A DNA stretch of 55,717 nt from Verrucomicrobiota bacterium (GTDB lineage Bacteria > Verrucomicrobiota > Verrucomicrobiia > Opitutales > Seribacteraceae), in contig JAQBYT010000025.1 in assembly GCA_027622665.1 (NCBI GenBank), positions 1 through 55,717 of the forward strand. The letters run 5' to 3'. Made by a program: the position numbers and the translations under genes. The notes under the pieces were generated by a model that saw nothing but the letters and a program-made list of their open reading frames with translations, was not told the origin of the DNA and ran no database searches. Of the stretch, positions 22,022-31,967 are shown piece after piece (position 1 is the stretch's first letter; every line of letters begins with the position of its first letter).

Positions 22022-22306
22022 TTAGAATTTTGGCTTTTGCCAAGGATATACCGTGCGAGGTACGCCAATCAATTTTTCCTTCAAGTCGCGACTGGCGAAG
22101 CGGGCCAGATGGTAGATCAAGTCGTCTGTCGATTCGATCTCTTTACCCGTATCCTTGCTCACCTTGTGGTAAAGGTCGCGCAAATAGTCATTAAGCCGGG
22201 CTTCTTTTTCATGCTTGGATAATTTGGTCTCAATCTCGCTCTCAATGGACCGACGTTTTTCACTTTCGGGCAGATCGTCAGGGACAGAAATGGTTATATT
22301 GGTCAT
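22022..22306 (-). CDS. Small hypothetical protein
   Basis: 94 aa from ATG 22306 (MTNITISVPDDLPE...), charged and helical. It fills the gap before tRNA-Leu. Confidence 0.6.
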   Translation of the reverse strand: MTNITISVPDDLPESEKRRSIESEIETKLSKHEKEARLNDYLRDLYHKVSKDTGKEIESTDDLIYHLARFASRDLKEKLIGVPRTVYPWQKPKF

Positions 22307-22411
22307 AAGAAAGAAACAGTATTTGGATGAAAACGCTCCATGACGCAAAACATTTTTCTATCTTGCCGAGAATCGATCTGCAACGTATGGATAAAGTTGA
22401 TTAGCGTCAAT

Positions 22412-22496
22412 GCCCGGGTGGCGGAATTGGTAGACGCGCCGGATTTAGGATCCGGTGCCGTAAGGCGTGAGGGTTCGACTCCCTCCTCGGGCACCA
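22412..22496 (+). tRNA. tRNA-Leu(TAG)
   Basis: GCCCGGG/CTCGGGC acceptor stem, anticodon arm CCGGA-TT-TAG-GA-TCCGG, long variable arm, GGTTCGAC T-loop and encoded CCA. Confidence 0.97.
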
Positions 22497-22504
22497 AATG
22501 AATA

Positions 22505-24058
22505 TTAAAAGGCGTCTCCGAACGCCCCTTGCCAAATACCGAAAACGAGAGTCGCTGCGGTAAGGATGACCAAGGACAGCTTGAGAATGCCGCCGAGCTT
22601 GAGTCCGTCCCAAGGGTCGGGACCGTTATCTTCCTCATCGGAAAATTTTGGGCGAGGAATAAACAGCACCTCGCGCAACCAGCCGAAATAGTAGTAAATG
22701 GAGATCACCACACCAACCACCATGGCGGCTAGGGAGAAGTAAAGCTTTGCCTTGAAAGCAACTACGAAGAGAAGAAGCTTGGCGATAAATCCGGCAAAAG
22801 GAGGAACGCCGGCAAGGGAACAAACGCCACAGGACAAGACGAAAGCAAGAAAGGGGTTCTTTTGACCGAGTGCCTCGTAATGCGAAAATTCGTGTTCGGC
22901 GTCGTCGGGCACGTTGGCCAAGCCCATCACGCCAAAGACGGCAAAACTTCCCAGAAGATAGGTGAAAAGGTAAAAGGTGATCACCCAGTCGGCCTGCATG
23001 GTTTGAGAAAGCATGGCGGCGATTACACCAACTAGAAGATAACCCGCATGAGCCACACCCGACAAACCCAACAGTCGCTTAAGGTTGCGTTGGGCGCAAG
23101 CGGCAAGGTTGCCGAAAAGTATAGTGAGGGTGGCAATGAACCCAAGGATCGGGAGGAGGAAATCGCTCATGCCCTCAAATGGGCCGTTCACTAGATTGAG
23201 AAGAACAAAAAAGCCGGCGGCCTTTGAGGAAACCGCAAGAAAGGCAGTTACGGGCATGGGGGAACCGTGATAGACGTCGGGCACCCATATCTGAAAAGGA
23301 GCCGCACCGATCTTGAAGGCTATTCCCGAAATGATGAGAATAACGCCTGCCCGCAAAATGAGGTTGTCGGAATTGGCTTCAAGGAAATAGGCTAAATAGC
23401 CAAATTCCAGTGGGTCATCCAGTCCCAGCCCGGGAGATATGCAGCCCCACGCCTCGGGATTGGAGGCCACTCCATACAAAAGCACGATGCCAAATAGAAG
23501 AAGAGACGAGCTGAGGGCGCCGAAAACCAGGTACTTGAGTCCTGCCTCCAGCGATTTCACACTGTCGCGTTGGTAGGCTACGAGAACGTAGAAGCAAATC
23601 GCCACCGTCTCCAAAGCCACGAAAAGCATGAGGAAATGGTTGCTTTGAACGAGAAGCATGAGGCCCGCCGTGGCGAGCATGGTGAGGTGATGGAACTCTC
23701 CTCCGGCCAATTTACGTCGCCGCAGGTAACTTTCGCCGAGAATGGATACCAGAAGCGATGCGAGCAGAAAGAAGCTCCGCATGACCTCTCCGCGTGAACT
23801 TTGGTTGAGCAGGCCGGAAAAAGTTTCGTGGTCGAAGGGATGATGCCAAATAAGGTAGTCGATGAGGTGAAACACCAGCAGGGAGGCCTGAAATAAAATG
23901 GCGATGGGGCCCGCAAAAGAACGGCGACCAAGTTCTTTGGAGCGGAAAAGTTCCAATCCGAGAACAAGTACGGCCCCCAAGGCCATGGCCAGCTCGGGCC
24001 AGATCTCGAACCAGTCGTTCGAATCGGCAAAAATCTTGAAGGGCGCGAGGTCAATCAT
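22505..24058 (-). CDS. nuoN: NADH-quinone oxidoreductase subunit N
   Basis: FVALET, EAGLKYLVFGA, FKIGAAPFQIWVPDVYHG and SLAGVPPFAGFIAK. Confidence 0.95.
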   Translation of the reverse strand: MIDLAPFKIFADSNDWFEIWPELAMALGAVLVLGLELFRSKELGRRSFAGPIAILFQASLLVFHLIDYLIWHHPFDHETFSGLLNQSSRGEVMRSFFLLASLLVSILGESYLRRRKLAGGEFHHLTMLATAGLMLLVQSNHFLMLFVALETVAICFYVLVAYQRDSVKSLEAGLKYLVFGALSSSLLLFGIVLLYGVASNPEAWGCISPGLGLDDPLEFGYLAYFLEANSDNLILRAGVILIISGIAFKIGAAPFQIWVPDVYHGSPMPVTAFLAVSSKAAGFFVLLNLVNGPFEGMSDFLLPILGFIATLTILFGNLAACAQRNLKRLLGLSGVAHAGYLLVGVIAAMLSQTMQADWVITFYLFTYLLGSFAVFGVMGLANVPDDAEHEFSHYEALGQKNPFLAFVLSCGVCSLAGVPPFAGFIAKLLLFVVAFKAKLYFSLAAMVVGVVISIYYYFGWLREVLFIPRPKFSDEEDNGPDPWDGLKLGGILKLSLVILTAATLVFGIWQGAFGDAF

Positions 24059-25709
24059 GATCGCCCGCCTTTGGTTTGGAAGATTCCTCGGTGGCTTCGA
24101 CTGCCGCGCCGTTGGTCTCGATTCCCTCTTTCACTTCCGGCTCCTCGGCGGTAAGCGCGCAACAGGCTGGTAAACTTCCGGGCACCGATGATTCGAAGGC
24201 TTGGTAGCGATTACCGATTTCAGCATTTACGCGATCGGAAATCGTGCGAGGCCATAACCCGAGGAGAAGGAGCGCAGCTACGAGCAAACCGGCAGGAAGC
24301 ATTTCCACGAGATTTAGATCCTTAACGGGATTTTCCTTTTCAAACTCAGCGAACTCTTCCGTTTGTTCACCGAAGAAAACTTTGGCTACTGCTCGCAATC
24401 CAAAGATTGCTGAGATAATGATGCCGATAACAGCGAGTACCAAGGCAAAGCGAGTACCGGGGTTCTCGCCTAGAGACATGAAAATCCCGAATTCTCCCCA
24501 GAAGTTTCCAAAACCCGGAAGTCCGATGGTCGCGAACGCGGCAGCTAAGAAAAAGCAAGCCAACACGGGTGTCTTTGTACCCAGTCCCCCCATTTCATCC
24601 ATTTCGAAAGTGCCGCACCGCCGATAAACGAAGGTGCCGACCAGAAACATGAGGGCCACGGAAAGTCCATGAGCAGTCATCAGCATGACGACAGAACCGG
24701 CCCCTAGCGCGGAACAGGTGGCTACTCCTAGAAAGCAGTAACCCATGTGCATCACGGAGCCATAACCGACCATGCTCTTCAAATTATTTTGAGCCATGGT
24801 AACTAAACCGACGAAAAGAACGTTGCCCAAGGCCAGCCAGATCAGAAAATCACTCCACTGGGCAGCTCCGGATGGGAGTAGAGGAACCGCAACCTGAACC
24901 AGTCCATAAAGGCCAAACTTCTTGAGAACGCCCGCATGGAGCATGGAAACCGAAGTAGGAGCAGCGCTGTATGCCCTTGGAGCCCATGTGTGAAAGGGAA
25001 ACAAGGCTACCAAGATACCGAAGCCAAGGAGGAGAAGTCCGAAAATCTTGAACTGCGCGGACTCGCCCAAGGCTGTCGTGGAAAGAAGGTGTACCAGGGT
25101 TGGAAAATCAAACTTCTCCGCGTCTCCCATGACGTTCAAGGCGACCAGACCACCAAGCACGATCAGGGCCCCGAGCGTAAGGTAAATGGTAATCTCAAGA
25201 GCAACGCTTCGACGGTCTCGCCCGCCCCATAGTCCTATCATTATGAACGTCGGAACCAGAGCGAATTCGTGGAATAGGAAATAAAAGAACAAATCCACGC
25301 TGGCGAAGAACCCCATAAGTCCGGCCTGCATGAGGGTAAGCAAGGCGAGATAGAGCCGGATACGCTCAGCCCCAGAGTGTATGGCGGCCAAACCTGCGGC
25401 CAGACCCACGAAGCCGGCCATGGCAAAAAGCGGCGACGAAACTCCATTCAAACCTAGGTGGAAGGTGATTCCCAATTCCTGCAAACCGGTTCGATCAAAA
25501 AGAACCTCATACTTGTAATCCGCTCCAACGGCGCCTTCAAACCAAAGGAAAAGGAGAACCCCGGAGACAAAGGGAACGCCAAAGCCAACGTAGGCCAATT
25601 TCTTGGCTGCCTCGTCGCTTGTGACTACCCCGGTGAACAAACATATCGAGACAACCGTCGGAACCACGATCGACGCTAACAAAAGCAACTCTTCAAAGCC
25701 TAAGTTCAT
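24051..25709 (-). CDS. nuoM: NADH-quinone oxidoreductase subunit M
   Basis: FYFLFHEFALVP, FPFHTWAPRAYSAAPT, AGVLKKFGLYG and IGLPGFGNFWGEF. Start at ATG 25709 is preferred. Confidence 0.95.
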   Translation of the reverse strand: MNLGFEELLLLASIVVPTVVSICLFTGVVTSDEAAKKLAYVGFGVPFVSGVLLFLWFEGAVGADYKYEVLFDRTGLQELGITFHLGLNGVSSPLFAMAGFVGLAAGLAAIHSGAERIRLYLALLTLMQAGLMGFFASVDLFFYFLFHEFALVPTFIMIGLWGGRDRRSVALEITIYLTLGALIVLGGLVALNVMGDAEKFDFPTLVHLLSTTALGESAQFKIFGLLLLGFGILVALFPFHTWAPRAYSAAPTSVSMLHAGVLKKFGLYGLVQVAVPLLPSGAAQWSDFLIWLALGNVLFVGLVTMAQNNLKSMVGYGSVMHMGYCFLGVATCSALGAGSVVMLMTAHGLSVALMFLVGTFVYRRCGTFEMDEMGGLGTKTPVLACFFLAAAFATIGLPGFGNFWGEFGIFMSLGENPGTRFALVLAVIGIIISAIFGLRAVAKVFFGEQTEEFAEFEKENPVKDLNLVEMLPAGLLVAALLLLGLWPRTISDRVNAEIGNRYQAFESSVPGSLPACCALTAEEPEVKEGIETNGAAVEATEESSKPKAGDHD

Positions 25710-25710
25710 A

Positions 25711-27591
25711 TCAAAAATGCCCGAACCAGCCAGCCGCATAGGCGAGAAAACCTACGACACCGATCAAGAACCAGAAAGCGTAGCCATGAATACGACCCAA
25801 GTAAAAAGACTTTCCGAACAAGGCGAAAAGACCAGCCGCTCCCGCACTGCCGCGTACCATGAGCCCGGAAATGAAAAGGAGTTCCAGCACCTCGAGTATT
25901 CGAGCAACACGTTGCTGGATGGATGTCACGTAGAAATTGTAAATCTCGTCGAAGAATAGTTTGCTGGAGCAAAGCTGAAACAGCGCAGGAGCTTTTTCCA
26001 TGAGAGGATCTTCGTTGCCGGCTTGACCGTAAAGGCGTCGAGAACCCAAGGCGCCTGCAACCCAGGCGAAAGTACCAAGGACCACCATCCACAAGTGACC
26101 AGGCATGCCGTGAACCACATGAAGATCAGTATGAAACGCGGCAAACAGAGCTTCAGGCCAAAGCGCCTCGAATCCGCCAATTGCCGAAAGTACAGCTAGG
26201 ATGATAAGCGGCCAAGTCATCACCGAGGGACTCTCATTAGCTTCCGCGACATGCTTGGAACGGGGTTCCCCGCAAAAAGCGATCCAGTAAAGTCGGAACA
26301 TATAGAAGGCGGTAAGAATCGCTCCGAGGTAAAGAACTACAAAAACGGGAAGATTCAAATTGTAGGCACCCAACAGGATGGCATCCTTGCTGAAATATCC
26401 GGAAAAGAAATTAACTCCGGAAATGGCGAGTACGCCGATAAGGAAGGTGTTGGCGGTTACCGGCATGCGACTACGCAGACCTCCCATCTTGAATATGTCC
26501 TGCTCGTGGTGACAGGAATGAATTACGGAACCTGCACCGAGGAACATGAGACCCTTGAAAAAGGCATGCGTGGCAAGGTGGAAGAGCGCCACGCCCTCCA
26601 AGCCTAAGCCGAAGGCGGCGGCCATGTAACCGAGTTGCGACAAGGTGGAGTAAGCGAGAATTTTCTTGATGTCGCGCTGAACCAAGGCGCAGAAACCTGC
26701 GTACAGGCCCATAGCCGCTCCCAGCAATGCAATAAAGGACAAGGCTTCCGGGGTGAAAAGGAAATCTATGCGAGCCAGCAGGTAGATGCCGGCGGCAACC
26801 ATAGTGGCTGCATGGATAAGAGCTGAAACAGGGGTCGGCCCCGCCATTGCATCGGGCAACCAAACCTGCAATGGAAACTGGGCGGACTTCCCGATGAAAC
26901 CGCAAGCCAAGGCCAAGGCGATGCCGGTAGTGGCGCGAGCGGGGTCGGCAGCCATGAGTTGGCTGAGTTCGGAGAGGTTTACGGTGCCAAATATCCAGTA
27001 AGTCAACACGATGCCGATAAGGAATCCGAAGTCCCCCACCCTGTTGACGATAAAGGCCTTCTTCGAGGCATCGGATGCTTCCTTGGTATGAAAGTAATGG
27101 GCGATGAGCATGTAGGAACTAAAGCCGACTAGCTCCCAGAAAACGAAAATTATGATCAGGTTGTCGGCCAGAGTGATGCCTAGCATGGAGAACATGAAGA
27201 TGGACAGACCTCCAAAATAACGAGCTTTCCCGGCATCGTCGGCCATGTAGCCAAGACTAAAAACGTGAATGAGAAAACCGACGAAGGAGACGACGAAGAG
27301 AAGAGCTTTGGACTCGTTGTTGGCTTCGGGATCATCGATTTGGAAATCAGCGACTATCTTGAAGTCGGCGATTTCCAACCAAGTGACGCCCGAGTCTACG
27401 ATCGCATCGCCTGATTCAGAGTCCGCAGAAGCAGACTCAGAAAAGATGATCTGGAGTGAAAGCAAGAGAATCGCTCCTGCAGCAGCGACGGAAACGTAAG
27501 AGGCGATTTTCCCGTTCTGGCGAAAAAACAGGAGGATAGTCGCGGCCGAGGCCAACGGAATTAAAAGAAGCGTGCCGGTGGTGATGTCCAT
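25711..27591 (-). CDS. nuoL: NADH-quinone oxidoreductase subunit L
   Basis: WELVGFSSY, KAFIVNRVGDFG, KSAQFPLQVWLPDAMAGPTPVSALIHAATMV and HAFFKGLMFL. Confidence 0.97.
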   Translation of the reverse strand: MDITTGTLLLIPLASAATILLFFRQNGKIASYVSVAAAGAILLLSLQIIFSESASADSESGDAIVDSGVTWLEIADFKIVADFQIDDPEANNESKALLFVVSFVGFLIHVFSLGYMADDAGKARYFGGLSIFMFSMLGITLADNLIIIFVFWELVGFSSYMLIAHYFHTKEASDASKKAFIVNRVGDFGFLIGIVLTYWIFGTVNLSELSQLMAADPARATTGIALALACGFIGKSAQFPLQVWLPDAMAGPTPVSALIHAATMVAAGIYLLARIDFLFTPEALSFIALLGAAMGLYAGFCALVQRDIKKILAYSTLSQLGYMAAAFGLGLEGVALFHLATHAFFKGLMFLGAGSVIHSCHHEQDIFKMGGLRSRMPVTANTFLIGVLAISGVNFFSGYFSKDAILLGAYNLNLPVFVVLYLGAILTAFYMFRLYWIAFCGEPRSKHVAEANESPSVMTWPLIILAVLSAIGGFEALWPEALFAAFHTDLHVVHGMPGHLWMVVLGTFAWVAGALGSRRLYGQAGNEDPLMEKAPALFQLCSSKLFFDEIYNFYVTSIQQRVARILEVLELLFISGLMVRGSAGAAGLFALFGKSFYLGRIHGYAFWFLIGVVGFLAYAAGWFGHF

Positions 27592-27595
27592 TTCC

Positions 27596-27904
27596 CTAGT
27601 TTTTGAGCATGGTCATGTGCTCGGAAAATACGCTTTGCCGTTTTTTGTAGAGGGCCACCAGCAGGGCCAAGCCTACGGAAACCTCAGCTGCAGCCACGGT
27701 CATTATGAAGAAGACGAACAGGCTGCCATCCATATTTGCACTATGTCGGGAAAAGGCCACGAGAGCCACGTTTACTGCGTTTAGCATAAGCTCCAGAGAC
27801 ATGAGGACGAACAGAAGGTTCCGTCGCAAGACTACCCCAAGAAAACCGACCGAAAAGAGTAACACGGCCACCACGAGAAAATCTTGAACGCCAATGGTAT
27901 CCAT
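27596..27904 (-). CDS. nuoK: NADH-quinone oxidoreductase subunit K
   Basis: RRNLLFVLMSLELMLNAVN and VAAAEVSVGLAL. Confidence 0.97.
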   Translation of the reverse strand: MDTIGVQDFLVVAVLLFSVGFLGVVLRRNLLFVLMSLELMLNAVNVALVAFSRHSANMDGSLFVFFIMTVAAAEVSVGLALLVALYKKRQSVFSEHMTMLKN

Positions 27905-27907
27905 TCC

Positions 27908-28531
27908 TTAGGCTTCCTCAGGTCGGGGTTCAGCGGACGCGGATGAAGCGTCTTCAGTCGCCTCGCTGCTTTTCTCTTCGTCCTGTTTTTTGCTCAAGAC
28001 GATCACCCCGACCATTGCCGCCAGCAAAAGAAAGCCGGCCACTTGCAAGGGGAGCATGTATTTGGTGAAGAGACCGTAACCGAAGCTCTTGACACTCTTT
28101 GAGAAAACAACGTTGGCGCCTTCGACTGAGGTTTCTTCGGCCACGTCTTGCCAGTGAGTCGCGGAATCGGTGGCAACTCCTGAATACTCCAAGGTCAGCA
28201 CAGTAAGAAGCCCCACACCAAAAAGAGCAACAAAACCAGAAATTAGGCGCGTCTTCGACAACGCAGTGCGCTTCCCCGAGTCAGGGCCCACGTCCATCAG
28301 CATGATTATAAACAAGAAAAGAACCATGACCGCGCCCGCATATACGAGAACCTGCAAGACGGCCAAAAAGAATGCCTCCAGCAAAACGAACAACGAGGCC
28401 ACTCCAACTAGGGATAAGATCATGAACATCGCCGCCGTTACGGGATTGCGACTTAGGATCACGGCCAGACCTCCTCCCACCGATATGGTGGCGAAGACAT
28501 AAAATAAAAAGTCTACCAGGCTGAGGTTCAT
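27908..28531 (-). CDS. nuoJ: NADH-quinone oxidoreductase subunit J
   Basis: SRNPVTAA and QVLVYAGAVMVLFLFIIML. Start at ATG 28531. Confidence 0.95.
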   Translation of the reverse strand: MNLSLVDFLFYVFATISVGGGLAVILSRNPVTAAMFMILSLVGVASLFVLLEAFFLAVLQVLVYAGAVMVLFLFIIMLMDVGPDSGKRTALSKTRLISGFVALFGVGLLTVLTLEYSGVATDSATHWQDVAEETSVEGANVVFSKSVKSFGYGLFTKYMLPLQVAGFLLLAAMVGVIVLSKKQDEEKSSEATEDASSASAEPRPEEA

Positions 28532-28536
28532 TGATC

Positions 28537-29082
28537 TTAGTGGGCGTTGCCCTGTTCCTCCTCGGTCTTCTTCTTGTCCCACTTGAAGTGCTTGTCGGGC
28601 AAGGTGCCGCCCATTTCATAAAGCTTTTCCTTGTCGTTTACCAGTTCCTCACGGGAATAACCGGACAGTGAGTAATCTTCCTGAAGAAAGATGGCTTCTT
28701 CCGGACAAACTTCCTCGCAATACCCGCAGTAAATGCATCGGAGCATATCGATCTCGAACTCTTTGGGAGCTTTTTCGACATGGGACTGCTCCTCGTCGTC
28801 TTCCGGAATGTCACCGGGGGTAATGCGAATTGCCTTTGACGGACAAACGAACTCGCACAATTGGCAAGAAACGCATTTTTCTCGACCATTCGGATCCTTC
28901 ACCAGAGTGGGTACCCCTCGGTAGCCACGAGGGATCGACGGGCGTTGCTCAGGATACTGGAGAGTCACCTTTTTTTTGAAAAGGTTGGAAAGCGTCGTCT
29001 TCAGGCCGGAGGCGATTTGTGGAAGGTACGTGCGCTCGGAAAGAGAGAGCGGTTTGCGTTCAATTACGACTGTCTTAATCAT
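28537..29082 (-). CDS. nuoI: NADH-quinone oxidoreductase subunit I
   Basis: VTLQYPE plus two CxxCxxCxxxCP ferredoxin motifs. Confidence 0.97.
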   Translation of the reverse strand: MIKTVVIERKPLSLSERTYLPQIASGLKTTLSNLFKKKVTLQYPEQRPSIPRGYRGVPTLVKDPNGREKCVSCQLCEFVCPSKAIRITPGDIPEDDEEQSHVEKAPKEFEIDMLRCIYCGYCEEVCPEEAIFLQEDYSLSGYSREELVNDKEKLYEMGGTLPDKHFKWDKKKTEEEQGNAH

Positions 29083-29101
29083 CGGTTCGTCCTCAAAAGG
29101 T

Positions 29102-30220
29102 TCATGAAGCGGCGGCTTGATCGAGGTAAGTCACCAAGATCACGTAGAAGATCAAGTTGACCAAGGCCAAGGGCAGCAGCTTGGCCCAGCCCAGTTTCAT
29201 TACTTGATCATAGCGAAAACGCGGTAGGGTCCAGCGAACCCAAATAAAGAAAAAGATAAGGCAAAACGTTTTGGCAAGGAACCATCCGACGCCCAGAAGC
29301 GAACCTATCAAGCCCGGTGCCCAAGGGTCGGCAACCCATGGCAAGAAGTGCCATCCACCGAGAAACAAGGTAGTGAAGATGGCGGAACCGATGACCACGT
29401 GAGCGTATTCAGCTACAAAGAAAATCCCGAATTTGAAGCTGCCGTACTCCGTATGAAAACCGCCGACCAGATCGGTTTCCGACTCCGGCATGTCGAAGGG
29501 TAGGCGATTGGTTTCGGCAAACAAGGCGACAAGAAACAAAAAGGCAGACAAGGGCTGAACAAGAACCAGCCAAGCGGCGTCTTCCTGAGAATTGACGATG
29601 GAGACAAGACTCAATCCGCTCCCGGTCATGCCCGGAGCGTTGACCCAAAGAAAAACCGGCAAAACCGAAAGCCCCATCACGAGCTCGTAGGAAATCATCT
29701 GAGCCGAGGAACGAATTCCCCCGAGGAAAGGATACTTGCTGTTCGAGGACCAACCGGCCAACACGATGCCATAGACGCCTAGGGAGGAGATGGCGAAAAC
29801 GAATAGAATGCCCAAGTCCACGTTGGCTAACACCAGTGTTGTGGTGAGACCCTCGGCATTCGTGAATTCCCCGAAGGGCAGCACCGTCATTGTGGTCAGG
29901 GCGGGAACCAAAGCCACGATGGGAGAAAGGTAATAATAAAATTTATTAACGTGCCCGGGAACGATTTCTTCCTTGAAGAGAAATTTCAAGCCGTCGGCCA
30001 ATGGTTGAAATATGCCCAGATTCCGTAAAAAAGGCCCGATGAAGGGTATGGCGGCAACAAAGGGAAGGACGGTGCGGTTGGGGCCCACCCTTCCCTGCAT
30101 CCATGCGCAGACTTTGCGTTCGGCCAAAACCGTGTAACCGGCAATGCTCATGACCACGCTCACCATTACGATAGCGTAGGTCACCTTCAAGGCGAGCATC
30201 TGTATGAGTTCGGCGTCCAT
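29102..30220 (-). CDS. nuoH: NADH-quinone oxidoreductase subunit H
   Basis: ERKVCAWMQGRVGPNR, QPLADGLK, AETNRLPFDMPESE and RWTLPRFRYDQ. Confidence 0.97.
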   Translation of the reverse strand: MDAELIQMLALKVTYAIVMVSVVMSIAGYTVLAERKVCAWMQGRVGPNRTVLPFVAAIPFIGPFLRNLGIFQPLADGLKFLFKEEIVPGHVNKFYYYLSPIVALVPALTTMTVLPFGEFTNAEGLTTTLVLANVDLGILFVFAISSLGVYGIVLAGWSSNSKYPFLGGIRSSAQMISYELVMGLSVLPVFLWVNAPGMTGSGLSLVSIVNSQEDAAWLVLVQPLSAFLFLVALFAETNRLPFDMPESETDLVGGFHTEYGSFKFGIFFVAEYAHVVIGSAIFTTLFLGGWHFLPWVADPWAPGLIGSLLGVGWFLAKTFCLIFFFIWVRWTLPRFRYDQVMKLGWAKLLPLALVNLIFYVILVTYLDQAAAS

Positions 30221-30229
30221 GGTCGTAGC

Positions 30230-31957
30230 TCAGACCTTGGCCACTTTTGGCTTGGCCTTGACTGCTTTTTTGACTTTGGGCGGAGAAAAGTTCAGAGCCG
30301 GTCCCTCAACGTAAGGAAGATCAGCTAATTTGTCGGGATCCAAGGCAAGGCCATCAGAAGGAATTTCGCGATAGGCTATTCCCTTTAGGCAAGATGTCCG
30401 TAGTTTGCCGATTTCCTTCCAAAGAGATTCGAGTCCGAGAGATTCTGCTACTTCTCCAGACAACTCCGAGGCAATACGATTGAGCACAAGGAAATCGGGA
30501 ATAAGCCCTGCCGGTCCGGGCACAGCTTGAAAGAATTTCTGAAGACGGAAGTTTCGATTGATGAAGGTTCCGTTTTTCTCAAAAACCGTAAGGCCGGGCA
30601 ATACGACGTCGGCCAGCTTGCTTGTCTCATTCTCATGGGTGCCGACGTATATGATCTTGGCCTTCTTTATTTGCTCTTTGGTGATGCCGAGGGCAAAGAG
30701 GTCTTCGTTCACCACGAGAAGCGTCTTCACTTCACCTTTTCCCAATTGAAGAGCCAGTGGCTTTAAGTTGTCGGAAGGATATTTTTTTACCATACCCGTA
30801 GCCAATGCCCCACGAAGGTTGGGTGTGCGGTCAGCGGACAGCAAAAGACCGTCGTCGTCGTCAAAGTGACCCGGCAGGTGGGTTTCGGCCTTCGTTTGAT
30901 CCGCAAGTTTGCGAAGAAGGTATTGCTCCTCGACAGAAGAATTACAGGACCCGACAATGGCAATTTCATCGTTGGACAGCAATTCCACCGAGCGAGCTAC
31001 GGCAGCATCAAGCGTAACCTCGGTGCCATCAGAGCGGTGGGCAGTCAAACGACTTTCGGACTGAACCTGTTTGAATAGCTCTCGTCCGCTGTCGGTCATC
31101 CAAGTATCGTTGACTGCATCGTTGCGACGCGGGGTGATCCGGTAAATCTGCCCTTCTCGGCTTGCCACCAAGGTGTTGGCTCCGGCACTGCTTTCGGTAC
31201 AAATACTGGGAGACTCCTTCAAAAACCAAACCCGCATCTTGAAACGGAAGTCAGAACTGGTCAAAGCGCCGACCGGGCAAATGTCGACGGTATTGAGCGA
31301 ATAGTTATTGGAGAGTTCCTTGCCGGGGAAGCAAGTGAGGGTGGAATAACTTCCGCGGTCCACAAAGCCGAGAACGTCGTCCTTGGCCACTTCTTGGCAA
31401 AAACGTATGCAACGAGAGCAAAGGATGCAGCGTTCGTCATCGAGAGTCACTCTTGGCCCAAGTCTCGTCCGCTTCGGCTTAACGTTCTTTCGCTCAACAA
31501 AACGGCTGTAACCGCGACCGTAATCCATCGCGAACTCTTGAAGCCGGCACTCGCCAGCTTGGTCGCAAATCGGACAATCCAGCGGATGATTAACCAGCAG
31601 GAATTCCATGATTCCCTCGCGAGAATCCTTAGCTAAAGGCGAATCCGTGTTGACGCGCATTCCCGGAGCGACGTTCGTGCCGCAACCAATGACGGGCTTG
31701 GGAATCCATCCGATTTTTTGATTTCCATCCGCATCCAAAACCGGTTCGCCCGTTCCACGATCACGCATGGGCATGCCCATTTCGACCAAGCACATTCGGC
31801 AATTGCCGGCCACGGTAAGCTTTGGGTGATAGCAATAGTGCGGAACCTCCCGACCATGAATTTGAGCGGCTTCGATCAAGTTGATGCCTGCAGGCACTTC
31901 AACTTTTTCCCCATTGAGAATGATGGTGACCATGTCCACTTTTCCGTTTCCGCTCAT
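30230..31957 (-). CDS. nuoG: NADH-quinone oxidoreductase subunit G (short form)
   Basis: CYHPKLTVAGNCRMCLVE, NHPLDCPICDQAGECRLQ, CILCSRCIRFC and DICPVGALT; about 575 aa. Confidence 0.95.
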   Translation of the reverse strand: MSGNGKVDMVTIILNGEKVEVPAGINLIEAAQIHGREVPHYCYHPKLTVAGNCRMCLVEMGMPMRDRGTGEPVLDADGNQKIGWIPKPVIGCGTNVAPGMRVNTDSPLAKDSREGIMEFLLVNHPLDCPICDQAGECRLQEFAMDYGRGYSRFVERKNVKPKRTRLGPRVTLDDERCILCSRCIRFCQEVAKDDVLGFVDRGSYSTLTCFPGKELSNNYSLNTVDICPVGALTSSDFRFKMRVWFLKESPSICTESSAGANTLVASREGQIYRITPRRNDAVNDTWMTDSGRELFKQVQSESRLTAHRSDGTEVTLDAAVARSVELLSNDEIAIVGSCNSSVEEQYLLRKLADQTKAETHLPGHFDDDDGLLLSADRTPNLRGALATGMVKKYPSDNLKPLALQLGKGEVKTLLVVNEDLFALGITKEQIKKAKIIYVGTHENETSKLADVVLPGLTVFEKNGTFINRNFRLQKFFQAVPGPAGLIPDFLVLNRIASELSGEVAESLGLESLWKEIGKLRTSCLKGIAYREIPSDGLALDPDKLADLPYVEGPALNFSPPKVKKAVKAKPKVAKV

Positions 31958-31967
31958 ATGCAAAATT